Positions 30,950 to 42,171 are shown, counted from the first letter of the stretch. The stretch: DNA of 64,000 bases from Ignavibacteriota bacterium (GCA_019637995.1 JAHBUQ010000001.1:902381-966380); one strand, 5' to 3'. Notes: generated by a model not told the origin, from the letters alone. Numbers and translations are program-made.

Positions 30950-32329
30950 CTAGGAATTTTTGATTAACCTGACTGCAAAAGCTCCATCCATCTTGGTTAT
31001 ATGAGGAATTGAATAATAAAAACCGTTCTTACAAAGAGCCGGATGAATATAATTTTCTGCAGGGTCAATTGAAAATTCAGGATGGTTATTTAGGAACCAA
31101 TTGATGTTATCTTCATTTTCTTCCGGTTCGATGGTGCATGTAGAATAAATGATTACTCCACCCTTTCTTACAATTTTAGATGCATTTTCAAGAATTTTTC
31201 TTTGATGGGGAATTAATTTTGCGAGGTCCTCAGTTTCTTTTTTCCACTTAATATCAGGTTTTTTTGCAATTGTTCCAAGACCTGAGCAGGGAACATCTGC
31301 AAAAACAATATCAGGGGATTCATCAAATTTGTTAGTTTCGGCATCTTTGGTTACTGTTTCGATAATATCAAGCCCCAATCTAACTTTTCCGTCATTGATA
31401 AAGCGAAGTTTGGATTCATGTTTATCAACAGCCAGAACCTTTCCTTGATTTTCCATCATTTCAGCAAGTAAAAATGATTTCCCACCCGGAGCGGCACATA
31501 AATCAATAACCGACTGACCGGGCTTTGCGTCAGCAAGTCTTGCTGCTATCGAAGCGCTTGGATCCTGAATTGTAATTTTACCGGATTTAAAAATTTCGCT
31601 TGATGATATATCATATCTTGGAGATTCCAAAAGTAATGTTGATTTGTGAAACGGAGACTCGGAGTATGTAATATTATGTGTTTTGAAGATTTCCTTAATT
31701 GAATCAATGTCAGTATTTGTTTCAACAACTCTCACCGGAACATAAGGTCTCTGATTGTTGTAATCCATAAGTTTTTCGGCTTCCTGCAAACCGAAACGTT
31801 CAATCCATCTTTTGACCATCCATTTGGGATGAGAATACAAAACCGCAAAGAAATAAATTTCATCCTCAGCCCTATCCGGGTATCTTATATTCTCAACATT
31901 TCTTGCAATATTTCTAAGTACACCATTAACTATAGCAGCTGTTTTATCGCCCTGTATTTTCTTGACAATTTCAACTGATTCGTAAATTGCAGCAGGGATA
32001 GGTATTCTATTCAAAAAAAGCATTTGATATAATGCAATTCTCATAGAATTTTTTACTAAATTCAAACATTTCTGATAATCTCCATGATAAAATCCTGTAA
32101 GAATCCAGTCAATTTTTCCTCTCCATCTGATTACACCATTAACAATTTCATTTAGTAATGCTTTATCCCTATGGTCAATATTTTCTTGCCTGAGTTCGTT
32201 ACTAAGTAGTTTATCAATATAAGAATCACTTCTGTCATATCTATTCAAAATTCTTACTGCAAGTTGTCTGACGGTCGGTGAATATTCAGAATTTTCAATA
32301 AATTCTTCGCTTCCTGAAAATTTTTCCAT
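30950..32329 (-). CDS. rsmB: 16S rRNA (cytosine967-C5)-methyltransferase RsmB/Sun
   Basis: N-terminal NusB-like domain and C-terminal RsmB/NOP2 methyltransferase domain (DLCAAPGGKS, …PCSGLG…, TCT). Confidence 0.85.
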   Translation of the reverse strand: MEKFSGSEEFIENSEYSPTVRQLAVRILNRYDRSDSYIDKLLSNELRQENIDHRDKALLNEIVNGVIRWRGKIDWILTGFYHGDYQKCLNLVKNSMRIALYQMLFLNRIPIPAAIYESVEIVKKIQGDKTAAIVNGVLRNIARNVENIRYPDRAEDEIYFFAVLYSHPKWMVKRWIERFGLQEAEKLMDYNNQRPYVPVRVVETNTDIDSIKEIFKTHNITYSESPFHKSTLLLESPRYDISSSEIFKSGKITIQDPSASIAARLADAKPGQSVIDLCAAPGGKSFLLAEMMENQGKVLAVDKHESKLRFINDGKVRLGLDIIETVTKDAETNKFDESPDIVFADVPCSGLGTIAKKPDIKWKKETEDLAKLIPHQRKILENASKIVRKGGVIIYSTCTIEPEENEDNINWFLNNHPEFSIDPAENYIHPALCKNGFYYSIPHITKMDGAFAVRLIKNS

Positions 32330-32389
32330 AATAAATATTAGTTTAAATAGTTATTTACATAGTTTCAAAACCATATTACGTAAAGTATA

Positions 32390-33193
32390 ATGCGTCTATT
32401 GTATATTTATATTGTTATTATTTTTAGTTTGACCTTTGCATCACTTGGTCAAACACCTTATGTATCAACTCCTTTAATGCCGGCAAAGGATAGAGTGCCG
32501 GGATATTTTGGAGTATTAATCGGATTGGGGCAGAATTTTCAATCCGGGGAATTTTATGTTGATTGCTCCGATTGCATTTTTGAATCTGGAGTTGGTACCG
32601 GTTTTACTATTGGAGCCGCCTATGACAGAGTTGCACTTCCATGGCTAAAATACGGCATTGCCGGTTTCTACGATTACTCTGCTTTAAGCAGCACGTTCAG
32701 GGAAAATGAAATAATACCATTTGAGCTTGAAAATAGTGGAATCAGAGAAAATATCAATGTACAATTCCGGCATACAGCCGACCTGAATATTCATAATTTA
32801 ACAGCGATGCCATATATCAAAATGGAGCCTTTCAGTTTTATGTTTTTCAGACTCGGATTTGGAGCTTCATATATTTTCTCTTCATCTCTTAAGCATGACA
32901 AGGAATTACTTCAAAAAGAAGCAACGCTTAGTAACGGTGCTGTCGTAACGATAAGAATTCCGGGTAGGACAGGATATCGGGTTAATGTACAGGATTCTGA
33001 GATAAGGCAATTAAACAACTTAGTATTAAGTTTGATGCCGGCATTAGGTTTTAAGATTAATTTCAGCGAAACGACCTATCTGATGCCATACCTACAATAC
33101 AACGTACCTTTTAATGATATTTCAGATGAGGGTCAGAACTTCAGATTGAACCAATGGAGATTTTTCATTGAATTAGGATTCAAGTTGCATTAA
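32390..33193 (+). CDS. Hypothetical outer-membrane beta-barrel protein
   Basis: Signal peptide followed by alternating hydrophobic beta-strand periodicity and an aromatic C-terminal strand. Confidence 0.4.
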   Translation: MRLLYIYIVIIFSLTFASLGQTPYVSTPLMPAKDRVPGYFGVLIGLGQNFQSGEFYVDCSDCIFESGVGTGFTIGAAYDRVALPWLKYGIAGFYDYSALSSTFRENEIIPFELENSGIRENINVQFRHTADLNIHNLTAMPYIKMEPFSFMFFRLGFGASYIFSSSLKHDKELLQKEATLSNGAVVTIRIPGRTGYRVNVQDSEIRQLNNLVLSLMPALGFKINFSETTYLMPYLQYNVPFNDISDEGQNFRLNQWRFFIELGFKLH

Positions 33194-33558
33194 TTAATTT
33201 TCATATATGATTTTTTTAAGTACATATTGTAAATTTTTATCGCAAATCAACTAAAATTTCTTTGTCTTTTGAATACTTTTCACTAAATTAGTTTTTTACA
33301 ATTTACAAATTGTGAAAAACTTTTTTTTTATTAATTTATGATTAAAACTTGATAAAAGTGATTTTTTTTTTGGTTTCATAAAAAAAGTTTATTAACTTGC
33401 TGTGAAGTTTGTGTAAATTTTGAATCATAAATTTTGTTTTTTGAAAACTTGATTATAAGTACTTGTAAAATCATATTATTATGAAATTTACCGGGAATAA
33501 ACGGAATTTTTAATTAGCAATAAATATATTTTAAGTTATTTTAAACAGGTATGAGCTT

Positions 33559-36222
33559 ATGCAAAGAATTATTACAGTTATGTTTGCTCTGACATTTATG
33601 TCTTTACTAACGGGTATAAATCTTTTTTCACAGGCTACCGGTACAAAGTCTGAAGCAATGCAGATTAATGCCCCGGGGTCACTTTATTTACTGAGTGCTG
33701 AAATAGTAGTTCAGCAGGGTGATAAAGGAATTTTAGGCAAAACACAAAGGATAAAGATTATTAATCTCGGTCCGATTGTAAATTCACCGGGTGTAGATTA
33801 TGCACCTACTGTCAGTGCTGACGGTAAAACTTTGTTTTATGTATCTGATCGCCTGGGTTCAAAGGAAAATAATGGCACTCCCTCGCATGATTTCTGGGCA
33901 GCCAAGAAGAATGATCGCTTAGATACTGTATTCTTCACACCATACAATATTGATACATTAACCGGCTTAAATTATCTCAATGTAAATACAGAGCTTAATG
34001 AAGGCGCTGCATCAATTTCGGCTGACAGACAAACTCTCTATTTTACAGCTTGTGACCGTCCTGATGGCTTTGGGAAGTGTGATATTTACAAGTCCACTAT
34101 AGAAGGCGATAAATGGGGCAGACCTGTAAACCTTGGCGCTAATGTAAATACTGATAACTGGGAATCCCAGCCATCAATATCTCCTGACCAGAAGCGTATA
34201 TATTTTGTTTCTACAAGAAAAGGTCCAAACAGTAACGGAAAACCTGTCATCGAAAATATGGATATATGGTATTGTGACTGGGATGATGATCTTGAAGACT
34301 GGAAACCGGCAGTAAATCTTGAAGCTATCAACACTAAAGGATGGGAATATACACCGTTTATTGCTGCTGACAATTCTACATTGTTTTTTGCTTCTAACAG
34401 CCATAAACCAAATTATGGTGGTTTAGACTTTTATTTTACAAGGTATGACCCGGTATCTGATTCATGGTCTAAACCTGAAAATCTTGGACAGCCTATTAAT
34501 ACTAAAGATGATGAAGCATTTATTACTTTGCCTGCATCAGGTGACATAATTTATTTTTCTTCAACAAGAAAAGATTTACCCGGATATCAGGGAAATCTTG
34601 ATTTATTTATGGCATTTGTGCCTTCGTTCTTCCGTGCTGTTACAGTCCTTACAACAGTAATTGACGAATGCTCTCAAGAATTCATCCCTGCTGTTGTTAC
34701 AGTTAAGAATCCTGTTACAGGCAGAGTTGTTAAGGACAGCATAACTACATTTAAACCAAAATTTGAAGTAGTGATATCAAATCCAGATTATGGCAATCCT
34801 AAAGACTCATTGAAATATGTTGACCTTGAAATTACAGCAGCACACCCGAAATACGGCAGTAAAACTGTTACTCAGCGGGTTACACGTCCTGATATGACAG
34901 AAGATCCGGATGAAGTCAACAAGCCTGCTGATGAAATTGATGTTGTTATTACTCTTGGACAAAGACCAACTCTTGCACCGGAAATTGATGAAGCTGAATA
35001 TATTGCTCAGCAAAAAATCAATAAACCAAGTATGGGTAGCTGGAGAGGTCTTGTGATGAAAGAAACAAAAACCTGGAATCTTTATCCCTTGCTTAATTAT
35101 GTATTCTTTGACCAATGCTCTGATGAACTTCCTGAAAGATATATACTTTTTGATTCACCTGAGCAGACAGAAATATTTACTGATACTACAATTCTTGGTG
35201 GTACATTAGATAAATATTATCACTTATTAAATATTTACGGATACAGATTACGCAATAATCCTGATGCCAAAATTGTTATTAATGGTACTAATGATGGGCT
35301 AACGCAGTGTGAAAAGAATAACACTAAACTTGCTGACTCAAGAGCTCAAAAAATATACAATTACTTGCGGGATATTTGGCAAATTAGCGAATCAAGAATG
35401 AAACTTGAACTTCATAATAAACAAGGTACTCCAAAAGTTCCAACAAGTACCAGAGTTGACTCAATCGGTGTTGAAGAAAACCGTCGCGTTGAAATCTGGT
35501 GCAGCGATTGGGAAGTTGTAAAACCTGTATTTGATATTGGTTCTGTAACTGAGCCACAGCCAAGAAATATGACATGGGCTATGAAGAACGGTATAGAAGA
35601 TGCACTTGTTGTTAAGAGAAGAATTGAAATTAAACGTAATAACGAAATGTGGAGAACTATCTCTGACATTGGAACAATTGACGAAAAGAAAGAATGGAAC
35701 TGGCAAAGCACTGCAAGAGTTTATCCTACTGATGAAGTTGCATTCACTGCTCAGCTTGTTATCACGACTCAAACCGGCGCTGAATGTACTTCTGACGAGG
35801 TTGATATTCCTGTTCTTCAGGTCACACAATCAAGACTCCGTACTGAAGGTACAATGGATACTACTCGTGAAATTTACAATCTAATTCTATTCCCATTTGA
35901 TAGTGATAATGCAGGACCTCTCAATGAAAGAATCATGAGAGATTACGTTTATTCAAGATGTCGTCCAACTTCCAAAATCGAAGTAATCGGACACACGGAT
36001 GTTGTTGGTATGTATGACCATAATATGAAATTATCAACAAGACGTGCTAACTCAGTTCAAAATGGAATCAACAAGGAAACTAAGAGTACATACAATCAAC
36101 TTAATTCAAAAGGTGTAGGTGAGGAAGACCCACTTTACACAAATGACCTTCCTGAAGGCAGATTCTATAACAGAACTGTTCAGGTTATTGTCCGTACTCC
36201 GCTTAGTGAATATGAAGATTAG
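33559..36222 (+). CDS. OmpA-family protein with N-terminal TolB-like beta-propeller repeats and two OmpA-like domains
   Basis: Signal peptide. Repeated SPD/S(A)DG…LYF(V)S beta-propeller blades. There is an internal OmpA-like region (NTKLADSRAQKIYNYL…NRRVEI) and a C-terminal OmpA domain (FPFDSDNAGP…TRRANSV…NRRV). Confidence 0.7.
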   Translation: MQRIITVMFALTFMSLLTGINLFSQATGTKSEAMQINAPGSLYLLSAEIVVQQGDKGILGKTQRIKIINLGPIVNSPGVDYAPTVSADGKTLFYVSDRLGSKENNGTPSHDFWAAKKNDRLDTVFFTPYNIDTLTGLNYLNVNTELNEGAASISADRQTLYFTACDRPDGFGKCDIYKSTIEGDKWGRPVNLGANVNTDNWESQPSISPDQKRIYFVSTRKGPNSNGKPVIENMDIWYCDWDDDLEDWKPAVNLEAINTKGWEYTPFIAADNSTLFFASNSHKPNYGGLDFYFTRYDPVSDSWSKPENLGQPINTKDDEAFITLPASGDIIYFSSTRKDLPGYQGNLDLFMAFVPSFFRAVTVLTTVIDECSQEFIPAVVTVKNPVTGRVVKDSITTFKPKFEVVISNPDYGNPKDSLKYVDLEITAAHPKYGSKTVTQRVTRPDMTEDPDEVNKPADEIDVVITLGQRPTLAPEIDEAEYIAQQKINKPSMGSWRGLVMKETKTWNLYPLLNYVFFDQCSDELPERYILFDSPEQTEIFTDTTILGGTLDKYYHLLNIYGYRLRNNPDAKIVINGTNDGLTQCEKNNTKLADSRAQKIYNYLRDIWQISESRMKLELHNKQGTPKVPTSTRVDSIGVEENRRVEIWCSDWEVVKPVFDIGSVTEPQPRNMTWAMKNGIEDALVVKRRIEIKRNNEMWRTISDIGTIDEKKEWNWQSTARVYPTDEVAFTAQLVITTQTGAECTSDEVDIPVLQVTQSRLRTEGTMDTTREIYNLILFPFDSDNAGPLNERIMRDYVYSRCRPTSKIEVIGHTDVVGMYDHNMKLSTRRANSVQNGINKETKSTYNQLNSKGVGEEDPLYTNDLPEGRFYNRTVQVIVRTPLSEYED

Positions 36223-36255
36223 TATTTTAGAAGTATCATAAAAGAAATCTCCTTT

Positions 36256-36292
36256 AGCCGTCTGGAAAATTAATTCAGACGGCTTTTTTTTT
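36256..36292 (+). terminator. Rho-independent terminator after the OmpA-family gene
   Basis: A 9-bp GC-containing stem (AGCCGTCTGgaaaattaattCAGACGGCT) followed by a T9 run. Confidence 0.75.
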
Positions 36293-36360
36293 ATGTAACT
36301 TTTTGGACTTTAGTTTGTCTATATATTTTATAAATTATATCATTTTGTGGATTAAATTTT

Positions 36361-38004
36361 ATGAAGCGTTCGATACTCTTTTTGTATATATTTTCAATTT
36401 TCGGTGCTAATATTTTTCCGGTTTTTAGCTATTATCCTAAATTCGAATATAGTAACAAATATTTTGATTTTATGGATTATTCAAAATTGATAGTCAAAGT
36501 AAATGGCTTTAACGGCTATGATAATTTGATAAATCATCCGAAAATTTCAAATCTCAGGATTAATTCATATTTCCATATAAATCATGATGCAAATCCACCA
36601 TTAGGCAGTCAAAATGTATATACGATTTCATCATATAATGAATTAACAAAGTATTTCGAGATTCACTTAGAAGATTATACAATTAAGCAAGCATCAGAAC
36701 TTGCTGATGAATTGAATCAAATGGATTATATTCAGGTTGCATATTTTGAGCCCTATCCTGTCCCACCATCGAATGCAACACCTGATTTCAGAAATAGACA
36801 GGAATATTTCAAACCGGCAAGCCTTGGTACAGGATATTCGCAGATAAAGCACCTGCCCGGGGCAAAAGGTAGTGGCATAAAGTATTGTGATGTTGAGTAT
36901 GCTACAATATTAGACCATGAAGACTTTGACGATGAAAAATTGAAGGTCGCTAATGCAGAATTTTCTTACCCTTCAACCAGCTGGCATGACCATGGTGCAG
37001 CAGTTCTTGGAATTGCATATGCTTCTGAGAATGATTTTGGAATTGACGGAATGATAGGAGATGCTGAAATTTATATTGCATACCCTTGTTACAGCACTCC
37101 AAATTGCAATTATAACGTAGCACGGGCAATACTTGATGCTGCTAATATACTTGATTTTGGAGATGTAATTTTAATTGAACAGCAAACCAATATTCCTTAC
37201 CCTGCCACCGGTCGCTATGGACCTGTTGAGTTTTATGCCGCGTCTTTTGACGCAATCAAATTTGCAACAGAAAAGGGTATAACTGTTGTGGAAGCCGGAG
37301 GCAATGGAGGATTGAACCTTGACACTAATTTTCTTAATGGAGTTTTTGATAGAACTGTCCGAAATTCAGGCGCTATTATGGTAGCAGCCGGATCTCTGGA
37401 AAGTAACCGAATACTCGGTTTCTCTCCCTACGGAAGTCGAATTGATTTATTTGCAAATGGAGAAAAAACTACAACAGCAGGTTATGGTGCAGCATTTAAT
37501 GATCCACAAGCAGGTAAAACAAGGGCTTATACTCATTCGTTTGGAGGTACTTCCGGAGCATCAGCAATTGTAGCACCTGTTGCCGTATCTCTTCAGGGTA
37601 TGTTTCACGCAATGACAGGTGCTAAGTTAGACCCAAAAACACTAAGAGATGTACTTTATGATACGGGAACTATCTCAGCTACTTTGGATAAAAATATTGG
37701 TAAAATGCCTAATCTGGCTGATGCTTATAAATACATTTTAGATAATTACACATCAGTTGAAGACAATAATCAAACAGATGAAATTGATATTACTATTCTT
37801 GGAAATTCTACTATATTGATTGCTAACCTATCAGCAAATCTTTCGGATAAATCAATACAAATATTCGATGTACTGGGAATTGAGGTTATATATGCAGGTG
37901 CAGGACTTTGCGTATCCACAAAGAGAATTGACATATCCCATTTGCCGGCAGGTGTATATTTTGTCAGAATTGGTATTAAGGTAGAAAAATTTATTAAGAT
38001 GTAG
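36361..38004 (+). CDS. Subtilisin-like S8 serine peptidase with a T9SS C-terminal sorting domain
   Basis: S8 His and Ser motifs (HGAAVLG, GGTSGASA). The C-terminal ~80 aa match the T9SS CTD consensus (…GVYFVRIGIKVEKFIKM). Confidence 0.8.
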   Translation: MKRSILFLYIFSIFGANIFPVFSYYPKFEYSNKYFDFMDYSKLIVKVNGFNGYDNLINHPKISNLRINSYFHINHDANPPLGSQNVYTISSYNELTKYFEIHLEDYTIKQASELADELNQMDYIQVAYFEPYPVPPSNATPDFRNRQEYFKPASLGTGYSQIKHLPGAKGSGIKYCDVEYATILDHEDFDDEKLKVANAEFSYPSTSWHDHGAAVLGIAYASENDFGIDGMIGDAEIYIAYPCYSTPNCNYNVARAILDAANILDFGDVILIEQQTNIPYPATGRYGPVEFYAASFDAIKFATEKGITVVEAGGNGGLNLDTNFLNGVFDRTVRNSGAIMVAAGSLESNRILGFSPYGSRIDLFANGEKTTTAGYGAAFNDPQAGKTRAYTHSFGGTSGASAIVAPVAVSLQGMFHAMTGAKLDPKTLRDVLYDTGTISATLDKNIGKMPNLADAYKYILDNYTSVEDNNQTDEIDITILGNSTILIANLSANLSDKSIQIFDVLGIEVIYAGAGLCVSTKRIDISHLPAGVYFVRIGIKVEKFIKM

Positions 38005-38132
38005 GGAGTCAATTCTTACGAATCTAATTAATTAAGTGGAAAGTGAGCATCCTAACCGGTGGATTATTTTTTTTTTGCTTGTGAATAATAGTGTATCTGC
38101 TTGCTCGATAACTGATACTTAATCCTATTAAG

Positions 38133-38177
38133 TAAAAATGTCAAACTAATATTACGATTAATTTGACATTTTTTTAT
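38133..38177. terminator. Bidirectional terminator between the convergent S8 peptidase and HMA genes
   Basis: The sequence aaaaATGTCAAActaatattacgattaaTTTGACATttttttt has an A-run and a T-run on opposite sides. Confidence 0.6.
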
Positions 38178-38206
38178 TTGATTTCACGGATATAATTACA
38201 TCAACC

Positions 38207-38590
38207 TTACTTCTTTGGAGCTGATTTAGTTGCTTTTGTATCGCAACAATCTTTGCCGGATGATTTAGTTGATTTATCTGTTGAGCAGCATCCATCACTT
38301 TTTTTATTAGCAACAACTTCTGCATCATAACCCATTTTAGAAATTGCTTTAGTTATTTTTGTTTCATCAGTTTTCGAGGCATCATACTTCACAGTTACAA
38401 CTTTGCTTTCTACATTTGATTTAGCCTCCATCACACCAGAAGATTTTTTCAAACCTTTTTCAATCTTAGATGCGCATGAGCCGCAATGCAGATTAGTTTG
38501 AATGTTTACTTCTTTTGTATCAGCAGCAAATAAATTCGTTACAGCAAGAAGTAAAATTGCTGTAATCAATGATAAATTCAGTTTTTTCAT
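38207..38590 (-). CDS. Secreted heavy-metal-associated (HMA) domain protein with a Cys-rich C-terminal tail
   Basis: Signal peptide, an HMA CxxC metal-binding motif (LHCGSCASKIEKGL) and a C-terminal CC…CC tail. Confidence 0.6.
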   Translation of the reverse strand: MKKLNLSLITAILLLAVTNLFAADTKEVNIQTNLHCGSCASKIEKGLKKSSGVMEAKSNVESKVVTVKYDASKTDETKITKAISKMGYDAEVVANKKSDGCCSTDKSTKSSGKDCCDTKATKSAPKK

Positions 38591-38633
38591 AAAAATTCTC
38601 CAAAAACAAATTAATAAATATATTTAAAAGTAA

Positions 38634-41414
38634 TCATTTTTTAATTAATTCTAATGCTTTGAGTATAAAATTGTCATATTCAACAGCAAGATTTGTTACT
38701 TCATAATCCATAAGTATATCAGGCTGAATTGAACTTCCAAAAATTGCTTTACCTTCTTCAGGTGAGTTTACCATTAGCCCGGCAAATGATACTCCCATAT
38801 TGCCATACAGTCTGAAAGCAATTGATTCCGAAGCATATCCGCTTGTCGGTTGACCGAGAGTCTGACCTATTTTGTTGGCTTTAGCCATAGAAATAATAGC
38901 TTCGGCATAACCTGTAGTTTTCTCGTCAATCAAAAATATCAACTTCTTATCTGAAAGTTTACCATTTCCTGAAATATCTTTACCACCGAACTCAATATTC
39001 GTTAACTCATGATGATTTGGGAAAGTGTAAACAGGTACAGACCATTTTGGAGTGCTTAATTCTCCGGTTTTGAAAAATGCGAGCAGGTATTCACTTACCG
39101 ATGTAAATCCACGCAAATCAAGTATCAATCCTTTTCTTTCTGACAAAGGCTCAATATAATCTCTAAGTCTGACATCATTCATCTCGGTTAAATCAATATA
39201 AACATAGCCACTATCAAGCTCAGCAATTGCAGGAGGGCGAAATTCAAATACATTTTGCATCAAGAAGTTACGTTTGTACTTATCTTCAATTTCCGAACCG
39301 TCACTTTTGCGGAATTTCAAAATAGCTTCTGAGTCTTTATTACCGGAACGTATTTCAGTCAGAGCTTTTAGAATTTTTAAACTATTATTATTTCCCGGAA
39401 TTATGTGAATTATATTATTGAGAATATTATTAATCGGAATGCCGTCAATGCTAACCAATTCATCACCATAAGAAAGGTTTAAAGTAGTATCAACAACATT
39501 GCTGACTAATACTCTGTCATTAATATAACGCAAAACAAATGGGAAAGAATAATCAATTGCTATTTCTGGATGCCAGGCTGCAGACCTTCCGTCTTTCGTT
39601 ATAAGTAAAAGTGACCTTACAGTTGCATGAAAATCATAAATATCCTTATCCGTTGACGACTTTTTTAAAGCCACGGTCAGTGCTGAATCAAGAGTTCTTT
39701 CTTCAATCGGATTTGGAGAAAAGTGCTTAATTATATTCCACAGCTTTATTGTTGCTGCTATTCTTGTATAATTGTCATTATAATTCAGATTATAACCACT
39801 TGGTTTAGTTACTATATCTTTTTCAGCTATATTTATTTCTGGAAGCGGCTTATCACCATCACCATAGTAAATATACGGGTGATGCAAATATAAATCGTTA
39901 GAAATTTTGTGTGAATAATATTTTCCAATTAAAGGATAATTTAATCTTCCATTATTATCAGATTCAATTTTTAGAGAGAACTTTCCTTTTGTACTTTCAA
40001 GACTATCAGTCAAAATTGAGTAACCTGCTTGTATCACTGCATCTTCGATACTCCAGTATTCAGGCATACCATTTTCAGCAATTAATTCAAATCCTGAATT
40101 GAAAACAGTAATTTCATCAATTTTTTTTCCATTCTCGACAATATCAATTTTTACATCATCAAAATATGATTTACCCTCTCCCAGAAATACCAATGCTAAC
40201 TTAATAACATGAATATCATCAGGCAAATCCATTGAAACTTCGTATCTTTTCCAGCTTGATGACATAGCCGGTGTTTCAGCTGAAGTAGCGGCGACATACT
40301 CTCTTGATGCTATTTTGTCTGCTCTTGCCCAAATCTGAGCATTAGCACCGGGTGATGCTTGTTCTACTTTAATTGATGCACTGATTTTTACTTGTTTACC
40401 CTTATACTTTACCGCATCAATTAACTGTACCGCAGATGCTTCCCTTGCTCTTAGGGTTGAAAAAGCATTGATTGTAACAGCTGAAAATAATTCATCAGAG
40501 CGATCAACTGGTCCCCCGTTATATTTTTTTAATAAAGCGAAATGGTCAATACTTTTATCCGGCTTTGGAACCATAGATTCATAAGCTTGTTTTTGATTTA
40601 TCAATGCAAGAGGCGAAAGAGATTTTGCATAATTTTGAATATTTGAAATTAGTTCTTTCTGATTTTTGCTTCTGCTGACTTTTGCAATAGCGTCAAGTGT
40701 CAGAATTTCTTCCTGACTTGAGATTAATGTATTGGCAGGATTGAAAAAATGTAAATAACCATAAGCTTCAGATAAAGCTTTTAAATTGGATAACTCAATA
40801 TTTGTAAGCTCTTTTGAAGGCTCATCTTTTGAATTATCGGGTTGATGTATTTCAATTTTGAAATCATCAAGCCATAGCTTGCCTGTGCCTCGAATAAGTC
40901 CACCGATACGTAATTCATTAGTCTCAGGAGGTACAATGAATGTAATACTCTGCTCACCCCAAGTATTTGACGTTATAGGTTTTTCTTCCTGATATATTGA
41001 AAAAGTTATATCTTCCTTTGTTGACCTGCCAATAGCCCATAATTCGCCCTTAGACATCGTGTTTGTTGATTCGAACTTAGCCATAGCCTTAATTGTAATT
41101 TTGCGATTTCGGTAAGGTATAGCATCTAAAATCTGATAAATAGGTAAAGTTGTTGCTTCTATGTCTGATATATCAATATGTTTCTGAGGATTATTAAGAA
41201 AAATGCACAATTTGCCTTCAGCAGGTGACTGATCACTTGTTTCGATTATCATTCCTGCCTCTAACTGCTTTCTGGAGTAGCTCCACGAAGGAGGTAAATA
41301 TCCAGGCATCCCTTTTTCAAAATTCAAATTGTCAGGATGAAACAAAGCCTGAGAATTTGTAGTAAAATTATTTAAAAATAGAACTAAAATTAGTAAAAAT
41401 AGTGTTTTTTTCAT
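38634..41414 (-). CDS. Large S41-family (tail-specific/C-terminal processing) peptidase
   Basis: Signal peptide. The C-terminal catalytic region has S41 motifs (LILDLRGF, KLIFLIDEKTTGYAE). The long N-terminal extension is possibly carbohydrate-binding. Confidence 0.65.
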   Translation of the reverse strand: MKKTLFLLILVLFLNNFTTNSQALFHPDNLNFEKGMPGYLPPSWSYSRKQLEAGMIIETSDQSPAEGKLCIFLNNPQKHIDISDIEATTLPIYQILDAIPYRNRKITIKAMAKFESTNTMSKGELWAIGRSTKEDITFSIYQEEKPITSNTWGEQSITFIVPPETNELRIGGLIRGTGKLWLDDFKIEIHQPDNSKDEPSKELTNIELSNLKALSEAYGYLHFFNPANTLISSQEEILTLDAIAKVSRSKNQKELISNIQNYAKSLSPLALINQKQAYESMVPKPDKSIDHFALLKKYNGGPVDRSDELFSAVTINAFSTLRAREASAVQLIDAVKYKGKQVKISASIKVEQASPGANAQIWARADKIASREYVAATSAETPAMSSSWKRYEVSMDLPDDIHVIKLALVFLGEGKSYFDDVKIDIVENGKKIDEITVFNSGFELIAENGMPEYWSIEDAVIQAGYSILTDSLESTKGKFSLKIESDNNGRLNYPLIGKYYSHKISNDLYLHHPYIYYGDGDKPLPEINIAEKDIVTKPSGYNLNYNDNYTRIAATIKLWNIIKHFSPNPIEERTLDSALTVALKKSSTDKDIYDFHATVRSLLLITKDGRSAAWHPEIAIDYSFPFVLRYINDRVLVSNVVDTTLNLSYGDELVSIDGIPINNILNNIIHIIPGNNNSLKILKALTEIRSGNKDSEAILKFRKSDGSEIEDKYKRNFLMQNVFEFRPPAIAELDSGYVYIDLTEMNDVRLRDYIEPLSERKGLILDLRGFTSVSEYLLAFFKTGELSTPKWSVPVYTFPNHHELTNIEFGGKDISGNGKLSDKKLIFLIDEKTTGYAEAIISMAKANKIGQTLGQPTSGYASESIAFRLYGNMGVSFAGLMVNSPEEGKAIFGSSIQPDILMDYEVTNLAVEYDNFILKALELIKK

Positions 41415-41661
41415 TTTGAAACAGTATTATTTAAAATATATCTATAATAATTTGATAGGACGATTAAATCAATGCTTAATTAGCATTTTTGTTTATAAAA
41501 GTTAACTCTTTTTTTATTTTCAACATTTCTAATCATCAATTATATAGAAATTTTGAGAACAAAATCATTAAAATTATAAAATTCATAGTTTATTTAATAA
41601 TATTTTATAAATTTGCATAATTAAAATCTATCATTTAAAAATTAGTTTTGGAGAATTTGAC

Positions 41662-42171
41662 ATGTTAAAATATCTGAGTTTGTTGATAATTTTGGTCCCG
41701 GCGATTTTGTTATCAAATCCATTTTCAACAAAAAAGGGCGGACACTGCTTTACAATTGATATTCCTGATTATATGTTACCCACATATCAGTTGAATGATG
41801 TTGCCTCACTTCAGTATGAAAATATCACACGCGAAGCATATACTCTCGTAATTGATGATTCAAAAGATCGCCTTGAATATCTTGGTATGAAGTTTATGAA
41901 TCCAACAGAATTTTTATTGAAATTTACTGACAGTTACTTGCTTGAAGCTGAAAATCGCAAGATTTCTGATGTTAAGGAATTTTCAAATAACGGAAATCTG
42001 ATTGCTCAAGCTGAACTAAGCTGGACTCAGGAAGGTAATGACTTTTTCATGATAATTAGCGTTATTGAAACAAAAACTCACTTTTATAAATTACTAAGTT
42101 GGTCACTTCTCGAAAACCGCGATCAGCAATACGATGATTTTATCAAAATATCAAAATCTCTTAAAGATTAG
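41662..42171 (+). CDS. Hypothetical secreted protein
   Basis: Signal peptide and no recognisable motifs. Confidence 0.35.
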   Translation: MLKYLSLLIILVPAILLSNPFSTKKGGHCFTIDIPDYMLPTYQLNDVASLQYENITREAYTLVIDDSKDRLEYLGMKFMNPTEFLLKFTDSYLLEAENRKISDVKEFSNNGNLIAQAELSWTQEGNDFFMIISVIETKTHFYKLLSWSLLENRDQQYDDFIKISKSLKD

